DNA from: Candidatus Nealsonbacteria bacterium
GTDB taxonomy: Bacteria > Patescibacteriota > Minisyncoccia > Minisyncoccales > JAGMDC01
Direction of reading: 5' to 3'
DNA: 37,591 bases
Assembly (NCBI GenBank): GCA_030643485.1
Contig: DAOWLG010000001.1
Span: 1 to 37,591 of the forward strand
The notes beneath the pieces were generated by a model that was not told the DNA's origin, did not search any database, and saw nothing but the letters and a program-made list of their open reading frames with translations. The translations under genes and the position numbers were made by a program. This document shows, one piece after another, positions 1-9,222 of this stretch. Every line of letters begins with the position of its first letter. Within the stretch, counting starts at the first letter, position 1.

Positions 1-141
1 AAGGTAAAGCAAAAAAAAAGGGCTGTTTAAACTCGTTTTGAGCTCTTTAAAAATTAGAAAGGTAGAATTACCTCCACTTTATTTTTCTTTGGCTTATTTC
101 GGTATATGGGATAGCCAAGCCGCTCCGCGGCTTGCGTTCTG
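1..141. repeat. Left copy of an exact 141-bp direct terminal repeat (assembly overlap; circular or terminally redundant genome)
   Basis: Bases 1-141 read identically at 37451-37591. Confidence 0.95.
116..134 (-). other. GC-rich stem-loop immediately 3' of the M23 gene stop
   Basis: caagccgc-tcc-gcggcttg, a perfect 8-bp stem 10 nt past the stop at 144-146. No U-tract follows, so it is not called a terminator. Confidence 0.4.
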
Positions 142-143
142 TT

Positions 144-695
144 CTAATAGCGAAGTGTGTGTATAGAATGGTTTCCTTTCCATTCAATACAATACGAAAA
201 TTGATCAAAATACCCCAAAAATCCATTATTTTTATTTAAAATTTGCCAAGAAAAAATATCTGATGTAAAAGTTTTTAAAATCGATCGGAGACCAAAATGT
301 AAATGCGCTCCTGTCGAAAATCCACTATTGCCGCTCCACCCTATACAATCCCCCATTTTCACAAAAATTCCTGAAAGATACCGCGCGCGACTTAAATGTG
401 CCAAACATGCTTCCAGTTTTCTTTCCGGTGAGCGTAGCTTGATATACAATCCATATCCTTTTTTTCCTTCATTTTTAACTTTCAAAAATCCTGAAAATGG
501 AGCAAAAACTGGCGTTCCTGTCGGAACTCCATAATCTAGCCCGTTGTGTCCTCGCATTCCCCATTGTCGATATATATCAATATTTTTGATATACAATTTT
601 TTCCCAAAAAGTTGTGATATTATTTTTCTTGATCTTTTTTGGAACCAGTCAGAATTTTTTAGAATTGCAAAATTTTGAATCGGTGAAATTATCAT
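144..695 (-). CDS. M23/LytM-family zinc metallopeptidase (peptidoglycan endopeptidase; candidate endolysin or virion lysin)
   Basis: 183 aa. HNGLDYGVPTGTPVFAPFSG and GNSGFSTGAHLHFGLR supply the HxxxD and HxH motifs of M23 peptidases. Last gene of the late block. Confidence 0.85.
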   Translation of the reverse strand: MIISPIQNFAILKNSDWFQKRSRKIISQLFGKKLYIKNIDIYRQWGMRGHNGLDYGVPTGTPVFAPFSGFLKVKNEGKKGYGLYIKLRSPERKLEACLAHLSRARYLSGIFVKMGDCIGWSGNSGFSTGAHLHFGLRSILKTFTSDIFSWQILNKNNGFLGYFDQFSYCIEWKGNHSIHTLRY

Positions 696-747
696 TTTTT
701 TAAAATTAATTTTTTCCTAGATTGATTATAAAACGTTTTTTTAAAAA

Positions 748-934
748 AGTAAAAAGGTAGGAAAGTAAGAAAGTAAGAAAGTAAGAAAAATGGAGAAGTA
801 AGAAAGTAAGAAAAATGGAGAAGTAAGAAAAATGGAGATTTCTAAATTTCCTACTTTTCAAAAAAAAGTGGGAAAATTCAAAATTTTTTCCCACTTTTTA
901 GGATTTTTTCCTACTTTTTAGGATTTTTTCCCAC
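748..934. repeat. Dense short-repeat array in a 526-bp non-coding gap (iteron-like)
   Basis: GTAAGA(AA) x6 at 765, 773, 781, 798, 806, 823. AAAAATGGAGA x3 at 786, 811, 828. GT(A/G)GGAAA at 757 and 868, with its complement TTTCC(T/C)AC at 847, 887, 907, 927. A 20-bp tandem unit ttttttcc(c/t)actttttagga at 884, 904, 924. Confidence 0.85.
860..894 (-). terminator. Rho-independent terminator downstream of the 1444-aa gene
   Basis: Minus strand reads GTGGGAAAA-AATTTTGAA-TTTTCCCAC followed by T8: a 9-bp perfect stem plus U-tract. Confidence 0.65.
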
Positions 935-1221
935 TAAATTGGAAAAAATTTGATTATTTCGCGATTTAAGTTAATTTAAAAAAGCGGGGTATAAATATAC
1001 CAACATTTTTTTGAGACGCTTAAAACGATTTTTTGCATAGATTTAAGCGAATTTGCATAGATTTAGTTTTTATTTTTCCTCAAAAAAAGGTTAAAAATGT
1101 GAAGTTAAAGCCATTTTTGAAAATTAGGCGTTTAAAATTTAGCCAGGGGTATTTGTTCCTGGTGAATTTTTAAATCGCTTAAATCGAAGGAGAATGAAAC
1201 CAAAAATCCAAAATTGTTAAA

Positions 1222-4200
1222 TTATTCTGTTTTTTTTGCCAATTCTAAAATCTGGTTCCAGATTTCTTTTGTTATTATTCCTTTTTTTTTAAAATCCTCA
1301 AATTTGGTTTGTTTCTCTTTTTTTGGCAAATCTTTAAAAATTTCGTAGATTCGCTTGGCGCGCGTTTTGTTGTATATAGGAAGCCCTTTGATTCTCATTT
1401 CGGAGTACGACATTTTTTTTTCTTCTTTTTCTTCCACCTCTTTTATTTTTTCATACAAATTTTCGTCTTTTTCCTTTATTTTTTCCATTTCTCTTTCTTT
1501 GTAAAATTCGGGAAATTCGGAAAGTTTGGCAAAAATCTTTTTTGCTCTGTCTTTTTCTCTTTTTGCGGTTGACAGGCTTTTTCTTTCGTATTTTTCGGTT
1601 TCTTCAATTTCCAATCTTTCAGTTTTTCCTCCATACGCTTTTGTGAATCTACGCATTATGCTTTCAGCCAGACCTCGACCGCCCAAATGGTCGTCTGGAA
1701 TCGCGCCTAGTTCGGCTAGGAGAGTATCAGCGGCGCGCAATCCCAACAATCCCACCTCACCGAAAGTTTGTTTTAATAAATGCTCAACTTTGACGGGAGC
1801 AACCCCTTTTTCCCCCAGAATCACAGCAATTTTTTTTGCTGTTTCTGATGTAGATTTATAACTTTGAAGTTCTGGATCAAGTTTTTCCTTATATTCGGAA
1901 AGCAATTTTTTTTCACGGAAAAAATCGTAGCCCGCCAGACTTTCCACAGAAGGTTTGATTATTTGTGGGATCAAAGCAGATCCCAGGGAGGAGGTTGTCG
2001 CCTCTAGAGGCGATACAGCGCCGATGAAGGAGCTGGCAATTTCTTTCATCGTGAGTGGATGGAGTCCATACCCTTCTTCGATCCCTCTTCGAACGGGAAA
2101 AGTAAGGCTATTTAGGCCTTGAGGAATTGGAATTTTTAAAATATTCCATTTTCCATTTTCGTCTTTTTGGGGGTTCGGAGGAACGATTATTATATTATTT
2201 TCTTTTTCCCATTCTTCGATATCTTCATAGGCTATTTTACGTAGCGGGTCTTTAAGATTCCACATTGTAGCTATAGCAAGCGGAGTATATAGAGAAGTTA
2301 GTATTTTTAAGGATGTTATTTTTGGCTTGTTTTTTAAATTTCTGGCCAAAGTTCTACCCCCCTGGATTCCAGCGTTGAGATAAAGCCACCCGCCGTTTAT
2401 TACAGTCCCCCACTCCCCGCGCCGGTAAAAATTCACGGTTACTTCTCTGGCGGCTCTGGCAGCCAAAATATTCGCGTCTTTAAGTGTCCGCCCCTGGCTC
2501 AATAGCATTTTTTTTGTTACATTGAATTGATTAACGCGCGTTGCTTCTTCAGTGAAACCTATTACGTTCTCGACAGTGCTCAGCCATTCTTTAGGGGTAG
2601 TTATTTTATGTTTTATTTTACTCAACAAGTTTTTTTCAGCTCTTATACTTTCGACAGTTTTTCGGCCGACATTTCTGGAAGTATCAAAAAACGTCCCGCC
2701 GCCGCCGTGTCGTACCATATCACGATACAAGTCATTTTTTTGAAAAGTCGCAAAAATTGATTCGACATAATTCACGGGGTTGATTGTTCGCATAGTCGCG
2801 TCAGAAAAAGCAATGGCCGTGAATTGATCTTTCACAAAATTGGCCATAGCAAAAGCGGGGTTGATTCCCGTTATTCCAAGTTTTGCGATACGTACGGGGA
2901 GCGTCAAAACTCGTCCTATCACGCCGAATTGCTGAATTTTGAGCACTTTAACGACTCTAGCTATATCAGGGTCAATACCCCAAATCTCTTTAAATCCTTG
3001 GTTAAGGAAGTTCATAGTAGATTTTTGACCTGCTTTGGTATCCGAAAAAGCTAGGGCTTTATCATATTTTGCTCGTCTGGCCTGATTCAAAATTTCGAGT
3101 TCCAGGCTGGTTTTTTCGAGAGAATCGAGGAAAGGCGCCAGTTTTTCATTTTTAGCTACCAGTTGTTTTTTTAGTTTTAGAAAATCTTTAGACTGAAGGA
3201 ACTCATCCAAGAATTTTATTTTTAGGTCATCTTGGGACAGGCTCACACTTAGAGGGTCAAAGTCTTTAGTTTTGGCTATAGTTTCAGACTCTTTATACTT
3301 CTTTTTCAGGAGTTTTTTCCCTTCATATTTTATATTAGAGAGTTCTTTATTGAGGATATTAATTTCTTTTTTAGATTTTTTAACTATTTTCAGCAAATCA
3401 TTTTTGATTTTTTTGGATTCTTTCAGGTCTGAAAAAATAGAAATTCGTTTATCATAATCGGATTTAGTCCGCAACGGCTCAAGCTTGAACGGATTATTAG
3501 GCAAGTTTTTATAGGCATTTATCATTTTAGCGGCCTTATTTTTTTCGCCTTGAACAAAGGCCGCAAGAGTTTTTTCTATCAATGATCCCGTAGGACTCTC
3601 TATTTCTCTTTTCGATCCTACAAGTTTTTGTACGATATTTTGTTTTGATAAAGAGGCAACAGATTTTCCGCCAAAAAACTTCCCGCTTTTTTCCAACTCA
3701 TTAAAAATCCTATTCATAGGGATATAATTTGGGTATATCTCTTTCAACTTTTTAGCCAAATCTGCATCTATAAGATCAGATTCAACACAATAATCCAGCA
3801 AATGGTGGGAAAATTCAGTTACGGCTTTGGCTGATTCTTCGTATTTATTACCAACCGCGGCCAAAAGTAGTTTATCTTTTTCTATATTTCGACCCGTTTC
3901 AAATCCCTTAATATTCAAGTCAATAGCTTGTCTGGCCACAAGATAGTCGTCAAAATGATCGATATTATCAACGGTTTGAAGTACGCGAGGTAATTTACTC
4001 CTCTGAATAAATTCATCGGCCAAAGCGGGAGCACGATAAACCATATCTATCTGATCATGGATATTCGCGCTAGGCAATAGGGAATATTGGTATTTTTTAG
4101 CGTGGGTAGCGAGCCGATCATCAAGACGCGCGTTTGCGTCCACAAATACGGTTTTAAGTTCTTCTACTACGTTTTGGATTCTTCCTATATCTCCTTTATC

Positions 4201-5556
4201 GGCTTTTCTGGCGGCCTCTCTTTTTTTAAAATTTTCATTCATATATGCGATTGGGTCGAACTTTTTTCCTTCGTACACAATCAAAGCTTTTTCTTCTTCT
4301 CCCAAAGCCTTAAATTCGGCCAATCGACCTTCTTTAAATATACTTTCTCCATATTTTTCTTTCAAAAAAATAATTCCTTGTTCCCTAAAAATCCTATTGA
4401 AATCGGAATAAGAAATAGAATCAGGCGTGATATTTTCGACAGATTTAAAAATTATTTTTTTTTCGTTTTTGGTTAAATACCGATTAATTTGTTTACCAAA
4501 AACACTTTCAAAAACAAAATTGCCAGCCATTCCTGCAATTAAATTATTTATACCATACTCCTGTCCGGATATTTTACGTATTCCATATTCGGCCAATTCT
4601 TCATTCATTGGAAGCATACCAAATCTAAAAATTTTTGGATAAGTGTTTGCAAAACTGGTGGCTGTTTTACTCAAGAGAGTAACGCTTTTTATCATTTGTG
4701 CGCCTATAGAGTAGGCGGGGATACTCCCTACAACTTCACTAACAAAATCAATTATTCTAGCTTCGGTGGGACTTAATCTTTCGCCGTAATCAGGAATTTT
4801 TAAAATATCTTTGCCTGCTTGAACTTCATAGACAAATTTATCGCCTGCAACTCCTAGAGTTATCCCACGTTTTAAGCCTTCGGAAAACCTATTAATCCGT
4901 TCATCCCAAGCTGTTATTTTTTTGCCTGTTATTTTTCCTAAAGATTCAGTTAGACACGTTTCTGCTTTTTTAAGAAAAGTTTGAATATAAGACGTTTGCT
5001 GTTGTTTTTTAATTTTTTCTCTTATTTCGGGGGATTTTATTATTTCTTCAATTTGTTTTTCTTCTGGAAGACGCAAATTTTCGGAGAAATTTTTATTTCT
5101 TTTACTTCTAAGAAAAGCAGACGGATTTTTTTGAAAAGTATCTATATCGACAAACCCCCATTTTTTAGAAAGTTCTTTTTTTGCCATTTCTCGCGAAATT
5201 TGACGATAGGTCTCTTCATCCTGTTTTTTTATTTTTATTGCCTCATTTTCAGGAAGCTGTTGGATTGTTTCAAATTTATCAATTTTTTTGTCTGGCTCAA
5301 AAGGTGTAAGAATAAGAGTTTGCCCATCACCAGTCATAGCCTCATCACCAAACAGATCATGAACGGATATATCAGTATCCCATTTTGGCGTATTATCGCC
5401 AAAAATTACTTTATTTTCGTCTTCCGATAATCCGAATAAATCACCTTCTATTAATTCAACCCCGCCTTGTTCATCTTGTTCTTTCAGGAATTCTGTACCT
5501 ATTTTAATCCCTTTTTTGGCTTTCCTAGCTAATTCTGTGAAGTTTGAAAATGGCAT
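1222..5556 (-). CDS. Giant virion-associated protein of unknown function (possible internal core/ejection protein)
   Basis: 1444-aa uninterrupted ORF. I recognised no catalytic motif. Its position after the tail genes and the 666-aa lysin-bearing protein resembles the gp15-gp16 order of T7-like podoviruses. Confidence 0.45.
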   Translation of the reverse strand: MPFSNFTELARKAKKGIKIGTEFLKEQDEQGGVELIEGDLFGLSEDENKVIFGDNTPKWDTDISVHDLFGDEAMTGDGQTLILTPFEPDKKIDKFETIQQLPENEAIKIKKQDEETYRQISREMAKKELSKKWGFVDIDTFQKNPSAFLRSKRNKNFSENLRLPEEKQIEEIIKSPEIREKIKKQQQTSYIQTFLKKAETCLTESLGKITGKKITAWDERINRFSEGLKRGITLGVAGDKFVYEVQAGKDILKIPDYGERLSPTEARIIDFVSEVVGSIPAYSIGAQMIKSVTLLSKTATSFANTYPKIFRFGMLPMNEELAEYGIRKISGQEYGINNLIAGMAGNFVFESVFGKQINRYLTKNEKKIIFKSVENITPDSISYSDFNRIFREQGIIFLKEKYGESIFKEGRLAEFKALGEEEKALIVYEGKKFDPIAYMNENFKKREAARKADKGDIGRIQNVVEELKTVFVDANARLDDRLATHAKKYQYSLLPSANIHDQIDMVYRAPALADEFIQRSKLPRVLQTVDNIDHFDDYLVARQAIDLNIKGFETGRNIEKDKLLLAAVGNKYEESAKAVTEFSHHLLDYCVESDLIDADLAKKLKEIYPNYIPMNRIFNELEKSGKFFGGKSVASLSKQNIVQKLVGSKREIESPTGSLIEKTLAAFVQGEKNKAAKMINAYKNLPNNPFKLEPLRTKSDYDKRISIFSDLKESKKIKNDLLKIVKKSKKEINILNKELSNIKYEGKKLLKKKYKESETIAKTKDFDPLSVSLSQDDLKIKFLDEFLQSKDFLKLKKQLVAKNEKLAPFLDSLEKTSLELEILNQARRAKYDKALAFSDTKAGQKSTMNFLNQGFKEIWGIDPDIARVVKVLKIQQFGVIGRVLTLPVRIAKLGITGINPAFAMANFVKDQFTAIAFSDATMRTINPVNYVESIFATFQKNDLYRDMVRHGGGGTFFDTSRNVGRKTVESIRAEKNLLSKIKHKITTPKEWLSTVENVIGFTEEATRVNQFNVTKKMLLSQGRTLKDANILAARAAREVTVNFYRRGEWGTVINGGWLYLNAGIQGGRTLARNLKNKPKITSLKILTSLYTPLAIATMWNLKDPLRKIAYEDIEEWEKENNIIIVPPNPQKDENGKWNILKIPIPQGLNSLTFPVRRGIEEGYGLHPLTMKEIASSFIGAVSPLEATTSSLGSALIPQIIKPSVESLAGYDFFREKKLLSEYKEKLDPELQSYKSTSETAKKIAVILGEKGVAPVKVEHLLKQTFGEVGLLGLRAADTLLAELGAIPDDHLGGRGLAESIMRRFTKAYGGKTERLEIEETEKYERKSLSTAKREKDRAKKIFAKLSEFPEFYKEREMEKIKEKDENLYEKIKEVEEKEEKKMSYSEMRIKGLPIYNKTRAKRIYEIFKDLPKKEKQTKFEDFKKKGIITKEIWNQILELAKKTE

Positions 5557-5697
5557 ACTTTTTTTTAAAAAATTGCTTGCTTTTATGATAAAATTAATAT
5601 ATGATGTATTTGTCGGTTTTTGGGAGAAAGCCCTCTCACTTGATAATAAACCTTTTTTAAACCGCCACGGTAAAGAAGGTTTATTTTTTATATATTT

Positions 5698-7698
5698 TTA
5701 GTCAAACTTGCCTAGATCTAAGCTCCATTCATCCTCTATATCTTCTATCTTTCCTACCCCTACTTTATACCCTGTATCAGCAGACCGTAGAGCCTTTTCC
5801 AGTTTTTCTTCTTCCAGTTTTTCCTTTTCCATTCTTTTTGCTATTTCTGCTTTTTCGTCTCTTGACAACCCCAAATTTCCCAAACTTGCGTCTTCATCTT
5901 TTTTAAGTCGTTTTATTGCTATTTTGATTAAATCTTCATCTACAATTTCTTGTTCTTTTTTTACGGAAGGAGAAGGAATATCAATACCCCCTTTTAGTTT
6001 GTCAGGTACAAAAAACCCGACAATACTTTTTTCTAGGCCTTTTGATAAATTCATAGGCCTAAAATCAATTTTCTGACTTATTCCATCGGAATTGGAATCA
6101 TTGATAAACATTTGGCCTTTAGCGTTTCGTCTCACAATCCCCACATGTCCATTTGTAGCGTTTGGCCCTGTTCTAATATCATAAACGGCAAGAGCTCCGT
6201 CAACAGGATTTTGAAGAAAATCATCAATAGAAACGTTAATATATTTAGTTTTGCTTTCTGTCGAATCTGCAAAGATACGTCCCATTCCCAATTTTTCAGT
6301 ATAATTGTTTCCAAAATATCCACATTCACCACCTTTTTTTCCTATACTTTTGTGTTGAAGTTCTAACCATTCTTGACCGCTTTTAGCTTCCAAACTATCC
6401 ATATTATAAATTCCATTATATCCTTTGGCTCCTGAAGTTTTTCCCATTCCCAGCTCTATAGTTTTAAGCTGAATATTTTCAGGATCATTAGGGTCTCTGG
6501 TAACGATATCCAAATATGTTTGGCCTGTGGGGTCTTGTCGAGTTTTTTGGGAGATAATATCAAATTTAACATTACGTTTTTCTGATCCCACAAACATATT
6601 TTCAACTTTAAGCGCGCCTGTTGATTTATCTCTCATCACAAAATCAATATACTTATTTCCGCCTTGGTCTGTCCTAGCATTATGTGAAAGTATATCAGTG
6701 TCGGGGTATTTACTACGAATTAATGAAAGCGAATCTAATGGCATACCAGCTTGTGTTTCAAGTTTATTTATTACAAGTTTTTGTTCATCGGTTAGATCGG
6801 AAAAAGCCAATCCGCCTTGAGTAATAAGATTATTATAAACTTGCAAATTAGCTCTGGCATTATCAATTTGACGGTCTTTTACAATATCTTCATCTTTTTT
6901 CATCATTCTTTCAGCTTGATCTTCCTGACGAAAAAGATTAATCATTTGTAAATTTCGGGAGAATTCATTTTGATATTGTCTTTGAGAAGTTTCAAAATCA
7001 GATTTGGTAAAACTCATAATCTGTTCAATCACTCCATACTTGGTTTGAAGTTGATTAACAGCGACGGTTTTTTGTCGATTTATAAAATCAAGCCTGCGTC
7101 TATAATCTTTTTCACGCTGACCTATCCTTCCAGCAATAACGCCCATACTGGCCAGCGCTCCCTCTTCTCTATCGACAATATCCCTAAATTCAGCTTTTAA
7201 AGATTCTTCATCAGATTTAATTAAATTCAATTCGTCTTCAAGCGACTCAACGCCTTTTTCTTCTCTAAGTTTTCTATATTGTTCGGCCAATGATGAAAAC
7301 TTGGGTGGCTCTAATACTTTTTGTTTTGAAATTAATTTATTAATCTTGGTTTTTGTTGGAGGCGCTGTTTTCCTTGTTTCATCTTGAAAAAACTCGGATT
7401 GTTTTTGATTAAGAAATTCGTTAGCCTCATCAATATCTGTCAATTTAGGGATAGTCCCCACGCCAGCCACGCCAGCAACTAGTTCTTTTTCAGGCAAACC
7501 AAATTTAGTATAAGTGCCTGTTTCGGCATATTCTTCTTTAGCTTTTCTGTACTCGCGAATATCAGAAAAATCTTTTGCTTGAGGCAAAGTTTCAATAAGT
7601 TCGCGATCTTTAATATTGCTGGCAATACCTCCCACAATTTCAGGTTTTTCTCCTTTCTTTAAATATCTATCGTTCTTTTTTTGTTTTAAAATTTTCAT
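5698..7698 (-). CDS. Virion protein with a CHAP/NlpC-P60-type cysteine peptidase domain (cell-wall-degrading internal or tail protein)
   Basis: 666 aa. Residues about 440-565 (nt 6004-6381) read KKGGECGYFGNNY ... NGHVGIVRR ... INDSNSDG, the Cys-His-polar arrangement of CHAP amidases. Long coiled-coil-like N-terminal part. Confidence 0.7.
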   Translation of the reverse strand: MKILKQKKNDRYLKKGEKPEIVGGIASNIKDRELIETLPQAKDFSDIREYRKAKEEYAETGTYTKFGLPEKELVAGVAGVGTIPKLTDIDEANEFLNQKQSEFFQDETRKTAPPTKTKINKLISKQKVLEPPKFSSLAEQYRKLREEKGVESLEDELNLIKSDEESLKAEFRDIVDREEGALASMGVIAGRIGQREKDYRRRLDFINRQKTVAVNQLQTKYGVIEQIMSFTKSDFETSQRQYQNEFSRNLQMINLFRQEDQAERMMKKDEDIVKDRQIDNARANLQVYNNLITQGGLAFSDLTDEQKLVINKLETQAGMPLDSLSLIRSKYPDTDILSHNARTDQGGNKYIDFVMRDKSTGALKVENMFVGSEKRNVKFDIISQKTRQDPTGQTYLDIVTRDPNDPENIQLKTIELGMGKTSGAKGYNGIYNMDSLEAKSGQEWLELQHKSIGKKGGECGYFGNNYTEKLGMGRIFADSTESKTKYINVSIDDFLQNPVDGALAVYDIRTGPNATNGHVGIVRRNAKGQMFINDSNSDGISQKIDFRPMNLSKGLEKSIVGFFVPDKLKGGIDIPSPSVKKEQEIVDEDLIKIAIKRLKKDEDASLGNLGLSRDEKAEIAKRMEKEKLEEEKLEKALRSADTGYKVGVGKIEDIEDEWSLDLGKFD

Positions 7699-7942
7699 GA
7701 GAATTATTTAATAAAGTTTCAATTTTGGTTATTCTGTCGCGTAAAAATGTTATATCTTCTCTACATTTTTGAGCTTCAGTTTTATTATTATTTATTGATT
7801 TAGAGACATATTTCATTTCTTGTTTTATTAAAGATATATCAGTTTTAATTCCGTAGTATATCCCTACGGGACTGACAATAGCGGAAATCATAGCTAGAAT
7901 CAAAACGATATCTTTTAATGTGATTGATTTTTTGAGTTCCAT
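7667..7942 (-). CDS. Small single-pass membrane protein with coiled-coil tail (holin-like or assembly factor)
   Basis: 91 aa. Hydrophobic helix IVLILAMISAIVSPVGIYYGI followed by a charged region. Overlaps the start of the 666-aa gene by 32 nt. Confidence 0.45.
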   Translation of the reverse strand: MELKKSITLKDIVLILAMISAIVSPVGIYYGIKTDISLIKQEMKYVSKSINNNKTEAQKCREDITFLRDRITKIETLLNNSHENFKTKKER

Positions 7943-7965
7943 TTTAATTAAATCATATCTTATTT

Positions 7966-9222
7966 TTAAGCTGTTGCAACTAAAGTATTATTCCAATATA
8001 AATCATTTCCATTACGCCATAGAGCATAGTTGCCAGTAGAAGGGTTTGCTGCGTGTGTTACAGATATATAAAGATATTTTATTCCATTAATTTTTTGGCT
8101 TCCCATATTTAGAGAATCGATCAAATTGATAGCCCCGCCTGTCCCTCTTACATTATTTACGTACAAATCAGCATAAAAATAAGATTTACCTCCTGCGGCT
8201 GGTACATGAATAGCTGTATTGGCCGAAGAAATATAAAGAGCTGTCCCGCTTGCGTTAGAATGAGTAAGTGACAGGAGTTTTGCTGTCCCTGAATTCCTAA
8301 ACCATACGCTGGCGTTGTTTGTACCATTATAATTATCATCTATGCGAAGAATCGCCCCCTCTGTATATTCGTGGGCGCCTAAAACTCCGTAAAGCACACC
8401 ACCAATATAAACCTCAAATTTATTGGAGTTATTTGAAATTTGACATCTGGTAGAAGAAGCACTTGTCCTAATCAAGCCACCTGTTATTGTTCCAGCTGTT
8501 ATTGATCCTAAATCAGCTGAAATTGCCGAAATTTGTCCAACGTTCATTTTGGCGGCAGAAATTGACCCTGTGACCAATCTGCTACCGTTGATAGTTGTCT
8601 CATAGACAGCGTTCCACGAAGCTCCGTTATATCTGTACATTTTATATCCATCGTCTGTGTCATACCATATATCCCCGTTTACTGCTGAACCAGGGGCAGA
8701 TGTTTGATACCATGTTTGCACATCAGTCCAGTTATCAGGATTAGCATTAGCGGCGCCTGTCCAACTAGCCTCAAAAGTTGTTGACCCTGAAATTTTAATA
8801 TTGTCGGCATCGATCAAAATTCCCTCGGATGAAATATTGATTTGATTAATTACATCATTTTTTGAAACTCTAAGATTAATATTGTTAGCATTTACAGTTA
8901 TACTAGCTTGCAAAACATTATCAGCGTCGCTTCTATCAGTAGCCTCAATGACAATATCGGAAGCATTTTGAGTAATTTGAGTTTGTAACCCCGCGACAGT
9001 TGTATCAACAGATGTTGACGTAAAATCCCCGTTTACTCCTACTTTCCAGGGAGCGCTTGCGTAATCCTGCGCGCCAAACCACATTCCTTGTTTATCAAAA
9101 TGAAATCCTTTGCCCCCTTGCCCAGAAGAGAGAACTGTCAAATTTTTTAAAGCTTTATTATGAAAAAATTTAGCAATTCTTTCGTAAGGAATATCGGTGA
9201 AAGGGTTAACTGTTTTTTGCAT
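7966..9222 (-). CDS. Tail fibre / receptor-binding protein
   Basis: 418 aa, Gly/Ser/Thr/Asn-rich beta-type composition, in the tail block; its start overlaps the stop of the upstream gene. Confidence 0.5.
   Translation of the reverse strand: MQKTVNPFTDIPYERIAKFFHNKALKNLTVLSSGQGGKGFHFDKQGMWFGAQDYASAPWKVGVNGDFTSTSVDTTVAGLQTQITQNASDIVIEATDRSDADNVLQASITVNANNINLRVSKNDVINQINISSEGILIDADNIKISGSTTFEASWTGAANANPDNWTDVQTWYQTSAPGSAVNGDIWYDTDDGYKMYRYNGASWNAVYETTINGSRLVTGSISAAKMNVGQISAISADLGSITAGTITGGLIRTSASSTRCQISNNSNKFEVYIGGVLYGVLGAHEYTEGAILRIDDNYNGTNNASVWFRNSGTAKLLSLTHSNASGTALYISSANTAIHVPAAGGKSYFYADLYVNNVRGTGGAINLIDSLNMGSQKINGIKYLYISVTHAANPSTGNYALWRNGNDLYWNNTLVATA

Noticed and set aside
1-141. Terminal direct repeats considered as prophage att sites, LTRs or transposon ends
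   Set aside because: The two copies sit at the extreme contig ends and are exactly identical. No integrase or transposase is present, and gene order is continuous across the junction. This fits circular closure or terminal redundancy instead.
706-894. 62-aa minus-strand ORF in the gap between the M23 gene and the giant gene
   Set aside because: Its sequence (FLTFLLLHFSYFLTFLLSYLFTF) is simply the translation of the GTAAGAAA / AAAAATGGAGA repeat array, and it spans a terminator hairpin.
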